36,977 bases of DNA from Cyanobacteriota bacterium (GTDB lineage: Bacteria; Cyanobacteriota; Cyanobacteriia; Cyanobacteriales; Nostocaceae), in contig JBJOKS010000038.1 of NCBI GenBank assembly GCA_046045965.1, forward strand, positions 1-36,977. Reading direction: 5' to 3'. The translations under genes and the position numbers were made by a program. Each line of letters begins with the position of its first letter. The stretch's first letter is position 1. The notes under the pieces are model-generated. The model ran no database searches. It worked only from the letters and a program-made list of their open reading frames with translations, and was not told the origin of the DNA. This document shows, one piece after another, positions 1 through 9,986 of this stretch.

Positions 1-582
1 AACCAGCAGTTCATTAACTTGGAGTGCTACCCATTCTCTTTCAATCACACTATTAACTTTACCAGTCAATTTGTTTTTATCAAATTCTAGGTGATTGGGA
101 AGGTTAGCTAAACCGGGATATTGCAAGTTTGTTTCTACCAATTTCTTGGAAGCTTCTCTATCTCTAACAGCAATTTCTTCACCAGGACGACACTGATAGC
201 TGGCAATGTTAACTACACGACCGTTAACGGTAACGTGACCGTGGTTTACCAGTTGACGTGCTGCGGGAATGGTAGGAGCCATACCCATGCGAAAAACAGT
301 ATTGTCTAAACGCATTTCTAACAGTTGTAGCAACACTTGTCCTGTAGAACCAGTTACTCTTCTGGCTTTACGAACATAGCGGAGCATTTGCTTTTCTGTT
401 AAACCGTAGTTTAAGCGGAGTTTTTGCTTTTCTTCTAGACGGATAGCGTACTCAGACCGTTTTTTGCGGTTCTGACCATGTTGGCCTGGTGCATAGGCAC
501 GTCTAGCACTTTTCCGAGTTAAGCCTGGTAATTCGCCCAAGCGGCGGACAATTCTGAGGCGAGGCCCTCTATATCGGGACAT
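1..582 (-). CDS. rpsD: 30S ribosomal protein S4 (3' end runs off the window)
   Basis: Not in the ORF track. Manual translation from ATG at 582 gives [24 protein letters not shown]...[12 protein letters not shown]...ARQLVNHGH, the S4 signature. Confidence 0.97.
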   Translation of the reverse strand, partial: MSRYRGPRLRIVRRLGELPGLTRKSARRAYAPGQHGQNRKKRSEYAIRLEEKQKLRLNYGLTEKQMLRYVRKARRVTGSTGQVLLQLLEMRLDNTVFRMGMAPTIPAARQLVNHGHVTVNGRVVNIASYQCRPGEEIAVRDREASKKLVETNLQYPGLANLPNHLEFDKNKLTGKVNSVIEREWVALQVNELLV

Positions 583-679
583 GAGTTTCCTTAATTTAAT
601 CCTGTTTAAACTTTACCCAAATATTCTATTATCACATATCTCTTAGCAATTAGCTAGAGTATTTTTGTTTAAATGATAA

Positions 680-786
<107 letters not shown>

Positions 787-891
787 CAGACTTTTGGAAG
801 TATTTGGGTGATGACAATGAAATTCCTTGATTATAGAGGAGTTTCAGCAAATTCTAAGTTAGCATAACTTTGGGTTGTTTGGAGAATAGCT

Positions 892-1506
892 ATGTTAAAA
901 CGCAAAAAAGAAATGAGCAGTTTTGATCACGACAAAAGTAGTCATGTCTTGAAAGTTTTCACAATTCCAGTGATGGCGATCGCTGGATTATTCATAAATA
1001 TGTTACCAAGTCAAGCTATCATCAGCTCTTATAGAAATAATTATCGTGCTTGTGCGGCTCAATTATTGAGTGCGGGAGTGACAGCAGAAGCAGCATCTCA
1101 AGGTTGTGCAACAGCCCTGCGACCAAGAGAGTTATCTACTTGTGTGGCTAAAATCACAAAGCAGACCGAAATTACACCAACTGATGCGCTTTATTCATGT
1201 AGTCAAGCTCGTCGTCCAGAGGATTTAGCTACCTGTGTTGTGGGCATTAGTAAGAGTACCCAACAGGAAATTAACCAAGCCACTTTAACCTATTGTGGAC
1301 GCAGTTTATTACCCGTGACCTTTGCTGAGTGTGTGGTTGGCTTGCGGAAAGAAATTGATTTAACCCCAATTCAGTCTTTAGATAGTTGTATTGCTGCCAG
1401 TCAACGAGCTACTGGTATTGGGAGTGGATCTAAAAAACCACCGGGATTTATGCCTCGTTTTGAGACTGTGCCTATGCCATCAATTCCCGATGGTAGCTTG
1501 AGGTAG
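892..1506 (+). CDS. Cys-rich hypothetical protein, probably exported; the true start may be downstream
   Basis: Hydrophobic segment ending PSQA, followed by repeated C-x(4)-[RL]P-x(5)-CV motifs with 8 Cys. Confidence 0.75.
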   Translation: MLKRKKEMSSFDHDKSSHVLKVFTIPVMAIAGLFINMLPSQAIISSYRNNYRACAAQLLSAGVTAEAASQGCATALRPRELSTCVAKITKQTEITPTDALYSCSQARRPEDLATCVVGISKSTQQEINQATLTYCGRSLLPVTFAECVVGLRKEIDLTPIQSLDSCIAASQRATGIGSGSKKPPGFMPRFETVPMPSIPDGSLR

Positions 1507-1910
1507 CAGTTAAACTTCGTTGTGTAGCAGGAGTCAGGAGGGGCGAGCGGCCGTTCGCCCGTACAGGGGTAAAACTCTCTTGTAGTGCGAATTTCATGAA
1601 TGGCTTACGCCAAGCTGCGCTAACAATTGATGTTCTAACCGCCTTGTCCACGGTTGGCAACGAGTCTACCCTACTCAAAGAAAACAAAACGGGTACTGGC
1701 AAGCAAGGGGAATTTATGAGACACGGAAGAGCTTCAACTACATCTAACCCCTTTAAATTTACGGACTACTACCACTATGTGAGAACTTTGCTTTCCACAC
1801 ATATTAGCCGTACTGATGGCTTCAATTAAGGCTATGAAAGATGTTTTTGACTGTTCCGAATGAATTTAGCTTTCTGTGGGTGAAAATAGTTAGCTCAAGG
1901 TGGTGGTGGT

Positions 1911-1950
1911 GTCAGCAAAAATTAGAAGATGACTTCTAACTTTTGTTGGC
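1911..1950 (-). terminator. Stem-loop immediately after the hetR stop
   Basis: GTCAGCAAAAATTAGAAG-atga-CTTCTAACTTTTGTTGGC is an imperfect inverted repeat; no clear U-tract. Confidence 0.5.
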
Positions 1951-2904
<954 letters not shown>

Positions 2905-3129
2905 TTATCTATTATACACCTAAATGGGATTTTTGTCTTCATTCACATTGAAGATTTATTATGCTTTCACCATGAATATTGATATGGTGCTAAATTCCCC
3001 AGGGTGCAAATCGCTAATTTGTAACAGCAAAAGTAAGGCTCACCACCAATTATGACATTTCGCTACATCAGATCAATAAAGACTAATGCAGCTAATTAGA
3101 GATGATCTGTCGCGCATTTAAATTGCTTT

Positions 3130-3160
3130 ATTGTGCCAACTACAATTTTTGCTGTCTGGC
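3130..3160 (-). promoter_or_regulatory. Putative hetR promoter, degenerate DIF1 type (GCCAGA-N18-GCACAAT)
   Basis: Predicted start lies about 273 nt upstream of the ATG, similar to the -271 start known for Anabaena PCC 7120 hetR. Two mismatches to TCCGGA. Confidence 0.45.
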
Positions 3161-3366
3161 TGTTCACTGATAAAACCAACCTTTAGTTTAGCACTAACTT
3201 GAGCGAGATTGAGAAATGTGAACATTACTTGAGGTCAAAGGTAATACCAATTGAAAATGCAGAAAATCAGATTTCATTTGGGTTTCCCCTGTTTGATCTT
3301 TAGCATTCATTTTCAGCTGATATAGGTTTTTTGCCTACAGTAATTGTTCTCATTGTTCTTGATCAT

Positions 3367-5727
3367 TTAATGCTTATTACTAGAAGATTTTACTTGATTT
3401 TGCATTTTTTCAAAGCTGACAGCTACTGCACCACCAGTTACTAATAAAACTCCCAAAATTTGGATCAGATCTAATTTTTCCTGAATTATTAATCCAGCGA
3501 AAATCACAGTTAAAACTGGGACAACAGCACCAATTATAGCGGAGCGAGGTCCTCCTAATTTGCGAATACCAAAATTGTTGAATAAATAGCCGCAAAGAGT
3601 GAGGACACCTAACATAAAAGCACTTAAAATCACTTCCAATAAATTGGATGATCTAATAGCTAAACTCCAATCGCTTGGTAAAGGTACTAATAAGCAGATA
3701 AAGCTTAATAGCAACATGGTGGCGAAGTTAATTAAAGCAAAAGAAACTGGATGAAGTTTCGGAGCGCATAACCTAGTAAGAATTACGTAAACAGCAAAAG
3801 CCATTCCGGACATAATTCCAGAAATAATTCCTAAAGAGGTATTACTCGTACCCGTTGAATAACTACCCAAGATTAATAATTCACCAGAAAAAATGCTAGA
3901 AATCGCACTAGCACCTAATAAGCTAGGACGCTCACGAAAGAGGAACCAAGCTAAGAGTCCAGTGATCATGGGATAGATAAAAAACAGGGCGATCGCCACT
4001 CCAGTGGTTACTTGACCAATAGCAATGTAAATCAGTACCTGAGACAAAAACAACAAGCCGCCACTCACGACTGACAACAGTAACACCTGTTTTGTGTTTG
4101 CTTTATTCGCAGCAGAATTTCTACCTACTGAGTTGAATATATTTTGTAAGTCTTGCCAAACTGGGGGATGCAAAATGGGAGCCAAAAGCAACATTAAAGG
4201 AACAACCACCAATAATCTGAGCATCAAGATTAAGAAGATATTCCCCAAGGTTGGTGAGATAAATTGCTGTGTCTGGAAGTCTCCCAACAGATCAGAACCT
4301 TGATAGAAAAGTGCCTTAACGACAACGTTGTAAAGGGATGACATCACCGCTGACAACCCAACCAGTAGGAAACCTACCTGAACTGAAGACAGGTTTGAGG
4401 AACTGCTGGATCGTTGTCGTCGGGGTGTGAGTTCTGGCTTTGGTGCTGCTGGGGGTTGGTATGCGGTTGATTTTGCGGGTCGGGAGTCAGGAGTCAGGAC
4501 AGAAATTGGTTCTAGTGGATGTTCCTGAGTTGATGACTCTGATGGTGACTGGGTTTGTGAAAAGTCAGGAGCAAGCACAGAAATTGGTTCAGGTGGATGT
4601 TCCTGAGTTGATGACTCTGATGTGGACTGGGTTTGTGAAGAGTCAGGAATGGGAATAATAACAGAAATTGGTTCAGGTGGATGTTCCTGAGTTGATGACT
4701 CTGATGTGGACTGGGTTTGTGAAGAGTCAGGAATAGGAACAATAACAGAAACTGGTTCTGCTGGATGTTCCTGAGTTGATGACTCTGATGTGGACTGGGT
4801 TTGTGAAGAGTCAGGAATAGGAACAATAACAGAAACTGGTTCAGGTGGATGTTCCTGAGTTGATGACTCTGATGTTGACTGGGTTTGTGAAGAGTCAAGA
4901 GCAAGCACAGAAATTGGTTCTAGTGGATGTTCTTGGGGTGGTGGTAATGTAACCACAGCCTCTGTTGATGATGAGTTTTCGCTTTTTGACAGCTCCTGAG
5001 TAAGTAAAGAAATTGGTTGAGCAACAATTCTTTCTGGGGGTTTTTCCGAGAAACCGTTTTTGTGGTTTTCCCCCAGTTGCAATACTGTTGGCGCTCCTCC
5101 TGTCACCACTTTTAGGGAATTTGCATCTTTGGTTTTATCCAGTTCCCCTTGTAAACGATTGACAAATTCTGCTAAAATCTCTTCCCCTTGCTGCTGTTGG
5201 TCGTACATTCTTAACAACTGCTGGGAAATATGACTTTGATAGTTTTTTAATTCTTGTTGCAGCGAACTAAAGGCTATGGTGACAGTATCATCCAGATTGT
5301 TTAACATCTGGCCAACATTTTCATTGATGTCACTAGCTACTGCTGAGTTGACTTCAGCAGACCTGAGCGCCGCACGGTCGGGAGAGTCCCCTTCTATTGA
5401 TTGGGTAGCTAAGGTTTTGAGTGAAGATTGGAGTTGGGAAGATATATGTTTTGCCAAAACTTCCGCCAGCTGACGAATTAATACTTGTTGTTCGGTAATT
5501 TGTCTGGCTTGCTGTAATTTTTCTTTTTCCTCTATTAGTCGTTGAATGTCAGTGGCTAAACGGGTTTTTTCAGCCTCCAGGCGCTTTACATCGTCTTGTA
5601 AAGACCTGAGAACATTCTGTTGGAGATTTTCTAAGTCTTCAACTATATCCCAGAGGGCATTTTCAGCTGCTCTGGATAGGTCACTTCTGTTTCGTGGGTT
5701 TTCTGGTCGCTTCTCAAGTCGCCCCAT
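3367..5727 (-). CDS. sepJ: Septal junction protein SepJ (FraG): coiled coil, Pro/Ser-rich linker, DMT/EamA-type permease
   Basis: N-terminal coiled coil, repeat linker and multi-TM C-terminus; lies directly upstream of hetR as in other Nostocales. Confidence 0.95.
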   Translation of the reverse strand: MGRLEKRPENPRNRSDLSRAAENALWDIVEDLENLQQNVLRSLQDDVKRLEAEKTRLATDIQRLIEEKEKLQQARQITEQQVLIRQLAEVLAKHISSQLQSSLKTLATQSIEGDSPDRAALRSAEVNSAVASDINENVGQMLNNLDDTVTIAFSSLQQELKNYQSHISQQLLRMYDQQQQGEEILAEFVNRLQGELDKTKDANSLKVVTGGAPTVLQLGENHKNGFSEKPPERIVAQPISLLTQELSKSENSSSTEAVVTLPPPQEHPLEPISVLALDSSQTQSTSESSTQEHPPEPVSVIVPIPDSSQTQSTSESSTQEHPAEPVSVIVPIPDSSQTQSTSESSTQEHPPEPISVIIPIPDSSQTQSTSESSTQEHPPEPISVLAPDFSQTQSPSESSTQEHPLEPISVLTPDSRPAKSTAYQPPAAPKPELTPRRQRSSSSSNLSSVQVGFLLVGLSAVMSSLYNVVVKALFYQGSDLLGDFQTQQFISPTLGNIFLILMLRLLVVVPLMLLLAPILHPPVWQDLQNIFNSVGRNSAANKANTKQVLLLSVVSGGLLFLSQVLIYIAIGQVTTGVAIALFFIYPMITGLLAWFLFRERPSLLGASAISSIFSGELLILGSYSTGTSNTSLGIISGIMSGMAFAVYVILTRLCAPKLHPVSFALINFATMLLLSFICLLVPLPSDWSLAIRSSNLLEVILSAFMLGVLTLCGYLFNNFGIRKLGGPRSAIIGAVVPVLTVIFAGLIIQEKLDLIQILGVLLVTGGAVAVSFEKMQNQVKSSSNKH
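3781..3810 (-). promoter_or_regulatory. Putative internal DIF1 promoter in sepJ, facing hetR
   Basis: Minus strand reads TCCGGA-atggcttttgctgtttac(18)-GTAATT. Confidence 0.5.
4483..4935 (-). repeat. In-frame tandem repeat in the SepJ linker: five 78/84-bp units plus a partial unit
   Basis: GACTGGGTTTGTGA recurs at 4547, 4625, 4709, 4793 and 4877. Protein unit is QEHPxEP[IV]SV...DSSQTQSTSESST. Confidence 0.95.
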
Positions 5728-5759
5728 TAGTTTCTAACCTCTAACACCTTGAAGATAAA

Positions 5760-5880
5760 TCAGTTATCAGTTACTTAGTTATCAGTTTTCAAGCTGATCA
5801 CTATTTACTGTTTACTGTTCACTGATAACTATTCATTGTTTACTGTTTACTGTTCACTGTTCACTGATAACTGATAATTG
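5760..5880. repeat. Mixed heptamer STRR tract (TCAGTTA, TTTACTG, TTCACTG, ATAACTG)
   Basis: Seen directly upstream of sepJ. Confidence 0.75.
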
Positions 5881-6221
5881 TTTCAAAGCCTTGCAGATTG
5901 GTAGGTTGTTAAAAAACAAATTTGTGCGAAATGTAAATTGCGTGACAGTTTCCGTTGCTTTGGGGAATTAAAATATTGTTCTGGTAAAAACAGAAGATAA
6001 TTTGATCTCCTGCTCAATATTCTAATAAATAGCCAGCAATTCTGCAAAAATATAATGTTTAATGATAATTGCAGAAGATAGCGGTTTGTAATTGAATAGG
6101 ATGTGCATTCAATGTGGGGGTACAGCACCGAAAGTTTGATTGTGAAACAGCAATCTTACTGAAAGTTTTTTATCTTGAATGTATTACATTCAAATAATAT
6201 CCAGTAGGTAAGATTTTTCAT

Positions 6222-6252
6222 AAATTTCAGTTTAAATTTAAGAGTATCCGGA
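6222..6252 (-). promoter_or_regulatory. Putative DIF1 promoter at the 3' end of the PiT gene, facing sepJ
   Basis: Minus strand reads TCCGGA-tactcttaaatttaaact(18)-GAAATTT. Confidence 0.35.
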
Positions 6253-7483
6253 TAATACTGAATATTAGTACGCTGATTAAAGCACTGATGGGGACTGTAA
6301 TTACCCAGGCTGCGGCGATCCCCTGGAGTGTTTGAAATTTAATTGATTTCAGGTTCTGTACCATTCCAATACCCACTACACCACCAACGAGGGCGTGAGA
6401 GGTGGATACAGGTAAACCTAAGCGGGAGGCTAGTAAGATGGTGGTGGCGGTAGCTAGTTCAGCACTGAAGCCGCTACTGGGTTGTAAGGAGATGATGTTT
6501 TCGCCGATGGTAGCGATGACTTTTTTGCCCCAAATTGCTAAACCTGCAACTATTCCCGCGCCACCAAGAATCATAATCCATAGGGGGATGGTAATTCCGT
6601 TGTTGGGGACGCTGTGTGTTTGGTTGATGTAGGATATTACAGCTAGGGGTGCGATCGCATTTCCGACATCGTTTGAACCATGTGCAAAGGCAACAAAACA
6701 AGCACTGAGCAGTTGAAAGCGTCCGAATATTTGCTCTGTGGGGTTGGGAACTGGCGACTGGGTACTGGGGACTGGGGAGTTAAGTTGTTTCCAACTATAT
6801 AATGTCAGTCCTATTGCTGCTATTGCACCTGTGAAGATGGGGATGTCGTAAGTGGGGATGTTTAAACCGAATTTTTCAGTTAAAAAGTTTGTTAGTGGTT
6901 GGGTTAGTGTTGGTAGAACTATTACACCAAATATACTCAGTAAAATTGCACTTAACCAGGGAATCCATTCTTGCAACTGTAAGCGGGGATCAGGTTGGGA
7001 TAAAATCCATTTCTGGATCAGGCTGTAAAATAAAGCAGCGATAATTGCACTAATTACAGGTGTTAATATCCAACCAATAGTAATAAAACCTATAGATGAC
7101 CAATTTATTGCTTCTCTGCCTAATGCTATCCAAGTAAAACCGGCGATCGCACCAACAACTGCATGAGATGAGGAAACTGGTAAACCCATTGATGTGGCTA
7201 TTTGTAGCCATACCCCGGCTGAGATAAGTACAGTTACCATCCCTAATGCTAGGGTTTGGGGTGTGGTGATGAATAAGTCCGGGTTGGCGATTTTTGTCCC
7301 TAGTGTTTCTGTTACTCCATGTCCAAATAATACAGCACCTGTAAATTCTAAGACTCCTGCAATGATGATGGCTTGTGTGAGGGTGACTGCTTTTGAACCT
7401 ACGGATGTTCCCATTGCGTTAGCAACGTCGTTTGCTCCCAGGTTAAAAGCGACGTAGAAGGCTAGGAAGGCGGTTATAATCAT
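6227..7483 (-). CDS. Inorganic phosphate transporter, PiT family
   Basis: Both PiT signature motifs are present (GANDVANAMG and HGSNDVGNAI), as are the PVSSSH and PVSTSH motifs. Confidence 0.95.
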   Translation of the reverse strand: MIITAFLAFYVAFNLGANDVANAMGTSVGSKAVTLTQAIIIAGVLEFTGAVLFGHGVTETLGTKIANPDLFITTPQTLALGMVTVLISAGVWLQIATSMGLPVSSSHAVVGAIAGFTWIALGREAINWSSIGFITIGWILTPVISAIIAALFYSLIQKWILSQPDPRLQLQEWIPWLSAILLSIFGVIVLPTLTQPLTNFLTEKFGLNIPTYDIPIFTGAIAAIGLTLYSWKQLNSPVPSTQSPVPNPTEQIFGRFQLLSACFVAFAHGSNDVGNAIAPLAVISYINQTHSVPNNGITIPLWIMILGGAGIVAGLAIWGKKVIATIGENIISLQPSSGFSAELATATTILLASRLGLPVSTSHALVGGVVGIGMVQNLKSIKFQTLQGIAAAWVITVPISALISVLIFSIIRILLNLN

Positions 7484-7512
7484 TTTTGTCTGTATGGGGA
7501 TTTTCAGAGGAT

Positions 7513-7634
7513 GTTTTTTAATTTTTAATTTTTAATTTTTAATTTTTAGGATTTTTAGGATTTTAGAATGAACAAGATTCACCTAAAATCCTTTCCCAAT
7601 CACCAGTCACCAATCACCAATCACCAATCACCAA
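7513..7634. repeat. STRR tracts (TTTTTAA)n, (TTTTTAGGA)n and (CAATCAC)n
   Basis: Seen directly in the intergenic region. Confidence 0.75.
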
Positions 7635-7635
7635 A

Positions 7636-8682
7636 TTAGGGATAAATTAAAATTTTATACGTTTCTGGTGTGGGTGCGATCGCTTGGTTTACTGCTTGTG
7701 ATAAATCTTGTAAGGGATAGCGATCGCTGATCAATGCTTTAACATCAATGCGGCGGTTAAAAACTATATCCGCAGATAGATTTTGCAATCTATAGGATGA
7801 GCTATAACTACCCATCAGGTCTATTTCTCGACGATACAGAATATTTGGGTTGATCGGTATTTCTACTTCATCGGGAAATTCTGCGAAAAAGAGAATTTTT
7901 CCCCCTTTGCGGGTACAGTCTAAAGCTTGAAAAAATGCTTTATCACTGGGTACTGCTAATAAGGTGACATCAACACCCATTCCTCCAGTTAAAGCTTGAA
8001 TTTTTGCAGGTAAATTAGGATCTCTCGCATCAAAAGCTGCTTCTGCTCCCACTTGCATAGCTTTTTCGATTCTAGATGGTAGGAGGTCAGTAGCGATCGC
8101 TCTTCCTCCAAAATACTTCACCAACATAATAAACATTAACCCAATCGGACCTGCACCTGTTACTAATACCGTTTGTCCTGGTGCAATTTGAGCTTTTTTC
8201 ACCGCTTTTAAACAGCAGTTGGTTGGTTCAACAAAACTCGCTTCTTCAAAACTGATATCATCAGGAATGGGAATTAAGCCCCCATTTTCCACAATGTGTC
8301 CTGGAACTTTCACATACTCAGCAAAACCCCCACCACTGGCGTTAAAACCTGCGGTAGTGGAGATATTTTTATACACATCGCACATGGAGAAATTATCATT
8401 TAAACAATAGGCACAACGCATACATGGTATATGGTGCATCACCGCTACCCGTTGTCCTACTGTCCACCCTTTCACCTGTGAACCAACTGCTGCAATAGTT
8501 CCAGCGGTTTCGTGTCCAAATATGCGTGGTGGTTCATACAGAGGATAGCGAATCTTTTTAATATCTGACTGACATAAACCCACAACCCGCACCTGTACTA
8601 GAACTTCATCCGCTTCTAGGGTAGGAACTGGGATTTCTTCGTAGGATAATTGATTTACGCCTCTAAATACCTGTGCTTTCAC
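7636..8682 (-). CDS. Zinc-dependent medium-chain dehydrogenase (sorbitol/threonine dehydrogenase-like)
   Basis: GLCQSD, GHE, CxxCxxC...C zinc ligands and the GAGPIG Rossmann motif; GTG start. Confidence 0.93.
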   Translation of the reverse strand: MKAQVFRGVNQLSYEEIPVPTLEADEVLVQVRVVGLCQSDIKKIRYPLYEPPRIFGHETAGTIAAVGSQVKGWTVGQRVAVMHHIPCMRCAYCLNDNFSMCDVYKNISTTAGFNASGGGFAEYVKVPGHIVENGGLIPIPDDISFEEASFVEPTNCCLKAVKKAQIAPGQTVLVTGAGPIGLMFIMLVKYFGGRAIATDLLPSRIEKAMQVGAEAAFDARDPNLPAKIQALTGGMGVDVTLLAVPSDKAFFQALDCTRKGGKILFFAEFPDEVEIPINPNILYRREIDLMGSYSSSYRLQNLSADIVFNRRIDVKALISDRYPLQDLSQAVNQAIAPTPETYKILIYP

Positions 8683-8827
8683 GTTGGTTTTTGATAATTC
8701 AACGTTACTAGATTTAACATTTTGTGGTGAACTTTAGGTTATGGATGAGGGGATTTTTGATCATTTTTGATAACGAACTCAGCGAACTCTTGATCATGGT
8801 AAGTTACGAATTTCATCCTAATACACC

Positions 8828-8935
8828 CTACAATCTATTATTGATTTCTACAATCATTTCTCCTTGGCGTAATTTTTCCAACGCATCAGGTAAAGTAAAA
8901 TTCAGAAGTTGACGTAAATTACGATTAGTAACATT
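8828..8935 (-). pseudogene. C-terminal remnant of a DUF5615/VapC45-like PIN toxin
   Basis: Manual translation NVTNRNLRQLLNFTLPDALEKLRQGEMIVEINNRL* resembles the DUF5615 C-terminus. No start codon; in-frame stop at 8969-8971. Confidence 0.55.
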
Positions 8936-8971
8936 TGATATGATTAATGTTGCTATTTTTGTTTTAATCTA

Positions 8972-9001
8972 TTGACAAATACTGATGTAATCTAATAAAA
9001 T
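8972..9001 (+). promoter_or_regulatory. Sigma70-type promoter for the TA cluster
   Basis: TTGACA-N18-TAAAAT, about 30 nt before the ATG at 9032. Confidence 0.55.
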
Positions 9002-9031
9002 AGAAAGAGTTATTATTTTTAAAAATAACTT

Positions 9032-9334
9032 ATGGGAATTGAAGAATTACTACTACCATTTCGAGAACAAATATTAAAAATTGCCAATAAATATGGTGCT
9101 TATAATTTGCGGGTTTTTGGTTCTGTTGCTAGAGGTGAAGCAACACCAGATAGTGATGTAGATTTTTTAGTAGAATTAAAACCACAAAGTAGCTTATTTG
9201 ATTATATTGGTTTAATGCAAGATTTAGCAGTATTATTAGGGCGAAAAGTGGATATTGCTGAACCTGGTAATTTACATGAGTTAATTAGAGATAAAGTATT
9301 AAGTGAGGCTGTACAATTTAGCTTAAAAAAATAG
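9032..9334 (+). CDS. Minimal nucleotidyltransferase (MntA-type antitoxin) without an adjacent HEPN partner
   Basis: VFGSVARGEATPDSDVDFLV matches GSx10DxD; 100 aa. Confidence 0.9.
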   Translation: MGIEELLLPFREQILKIANKYGAYNLRVFGSVARGEATPDSDVDFLVELKPQSSLFDYIGLMQDLAVLLGRKVDIAEPGNLHELIRDKVLSEAVQFSLKK

Positions 9335-9350
9335 TATTAATCAATAAATT

Positions 9351-9632
9351 ATGGCATTACAATTTGAATGGGATGAAAACAAACGTTTAAATAATATTCG
9401 TAAACATGGTATTGATTTTGTAGATGCGGTGATCATTTTTGAAAATGACAATGTTATTATAGAAGATGATCGGTTTAACTATAATGAACAAAGATTTATT
9501 GCTTTAGGACTTCTTCAAGGATGGGTGATAGTTATTGTCTATACTGAACGTGAGGATATTATCAGAATTATATCAGCTAGGAAAGCCACCAAATATGAAC
9601 AACGAACCTATTTTGAACAAATCGCTGACTGA
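9351..9632 (+). CDS. brnT: BrnT family toxin
   Basis: FEWDENK..N..KHGIDF at the N-terminus and IRIISARKA near the C-terminus. Confidence 0.92.
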   Translation: MALQFEWDENKRLNNIRKHGIDFVDAVIIFENDNVIIEDDRFNYNEQRFIALGLLQGWVIVIVYTEREDIIRIISARKATKYEQRTYFEQIAD

Positions 9633-9873
9633 TTGGCAAAGATTAGAGACAATGGAAGACGAAGATATTGATTTTTCTGACTGTCCAGAGATTACCCCAT
9701 CTCAATTTGCCAAATCAACTGTCCATCGTCGGACAAAATCTATACCAAAAAAAGAACCAGTAATGTTGAATATTGATAAAGACGTGATTGAGTGGTTTAA
9801 ATCTCAGGGAGAATCTTATCAAAATAAAATCAATGCTTTATTAAGAGATTATATGCAAACACACCAATCCTAA
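9595..9873 (+). CDS. brnA: BrnA family antitoxin
   Basis: DEDIDFSDCPE and IDKDVIEWFKSQGESYQNKINALLRDYM motifs; ATG at 9595 overlaps the end of brnT. Confidence 0.9.
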   Translation: MNNEPILNKSLTDWQRLETMEDEDIDFSDCPEITPSQFAKSTVHRRTKSIPKKEPVMLNIDKDVIEWFKSQGESYQNKINALLRDYMQTHQS

Positions 9874-9883
9874 TCTAATATTT

Positions 9884-9975
9884 CAATACCTTTGCCAATT
9901 TTCCAAAAGTAGGGCTGAAACCCAATAAAATCGTTACGATATCAATAGGGTTTCAGGGTTTTGGCAACAGTATTG
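9884..9975. mobile_element. 92-bp MITE with CAATAC..TTGCCAA terminal inverted repeats and a 7-bp target-site duplication (AATATTT)
   Basis: CAATACCTTTGCCAA ... TTGGCAACAGTATTG; inner CTGAAACCC/GGGTTTCAG pair; AATATTT at 9877-9883 and 9976-9982. Confidence 0.75.
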
Positions 9976-9986
9976 AATATTTCATA

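Noticed and set aside
121..309. 62-aa plus-strand ORF
   Set aside because: Antisense shadow of rpsD.
1472..1829. Two short ORFs (1472-1702 minus, 1596-1829 plus) and a faint resemblance to a group II intron fragment
   Set aside because: They run through dispersed repeats and have no recognisable motifs; no intron domain V/VI or RT sequence is visible.
4440..4904. Alternative-frame ORFs in the sepJ linker (130 aa His/Gln-rich; 72 aa)
   Set aside because: The open frames result from repeat units whose lengths are multiples of 3.
8724..8912. 62-aa plus-strand ORF and a 25-aa minus-strand ORF (MKFVTYHDQEF...)
   Set aside because: The first is antisense to the PIN remnant; the second has no supporting motif.
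9535..9594. N-terminal extension of brnA in the ORF track
   Set aside because: It lies deep within brnT; ATG at 9595 gives a typical size and overlap.
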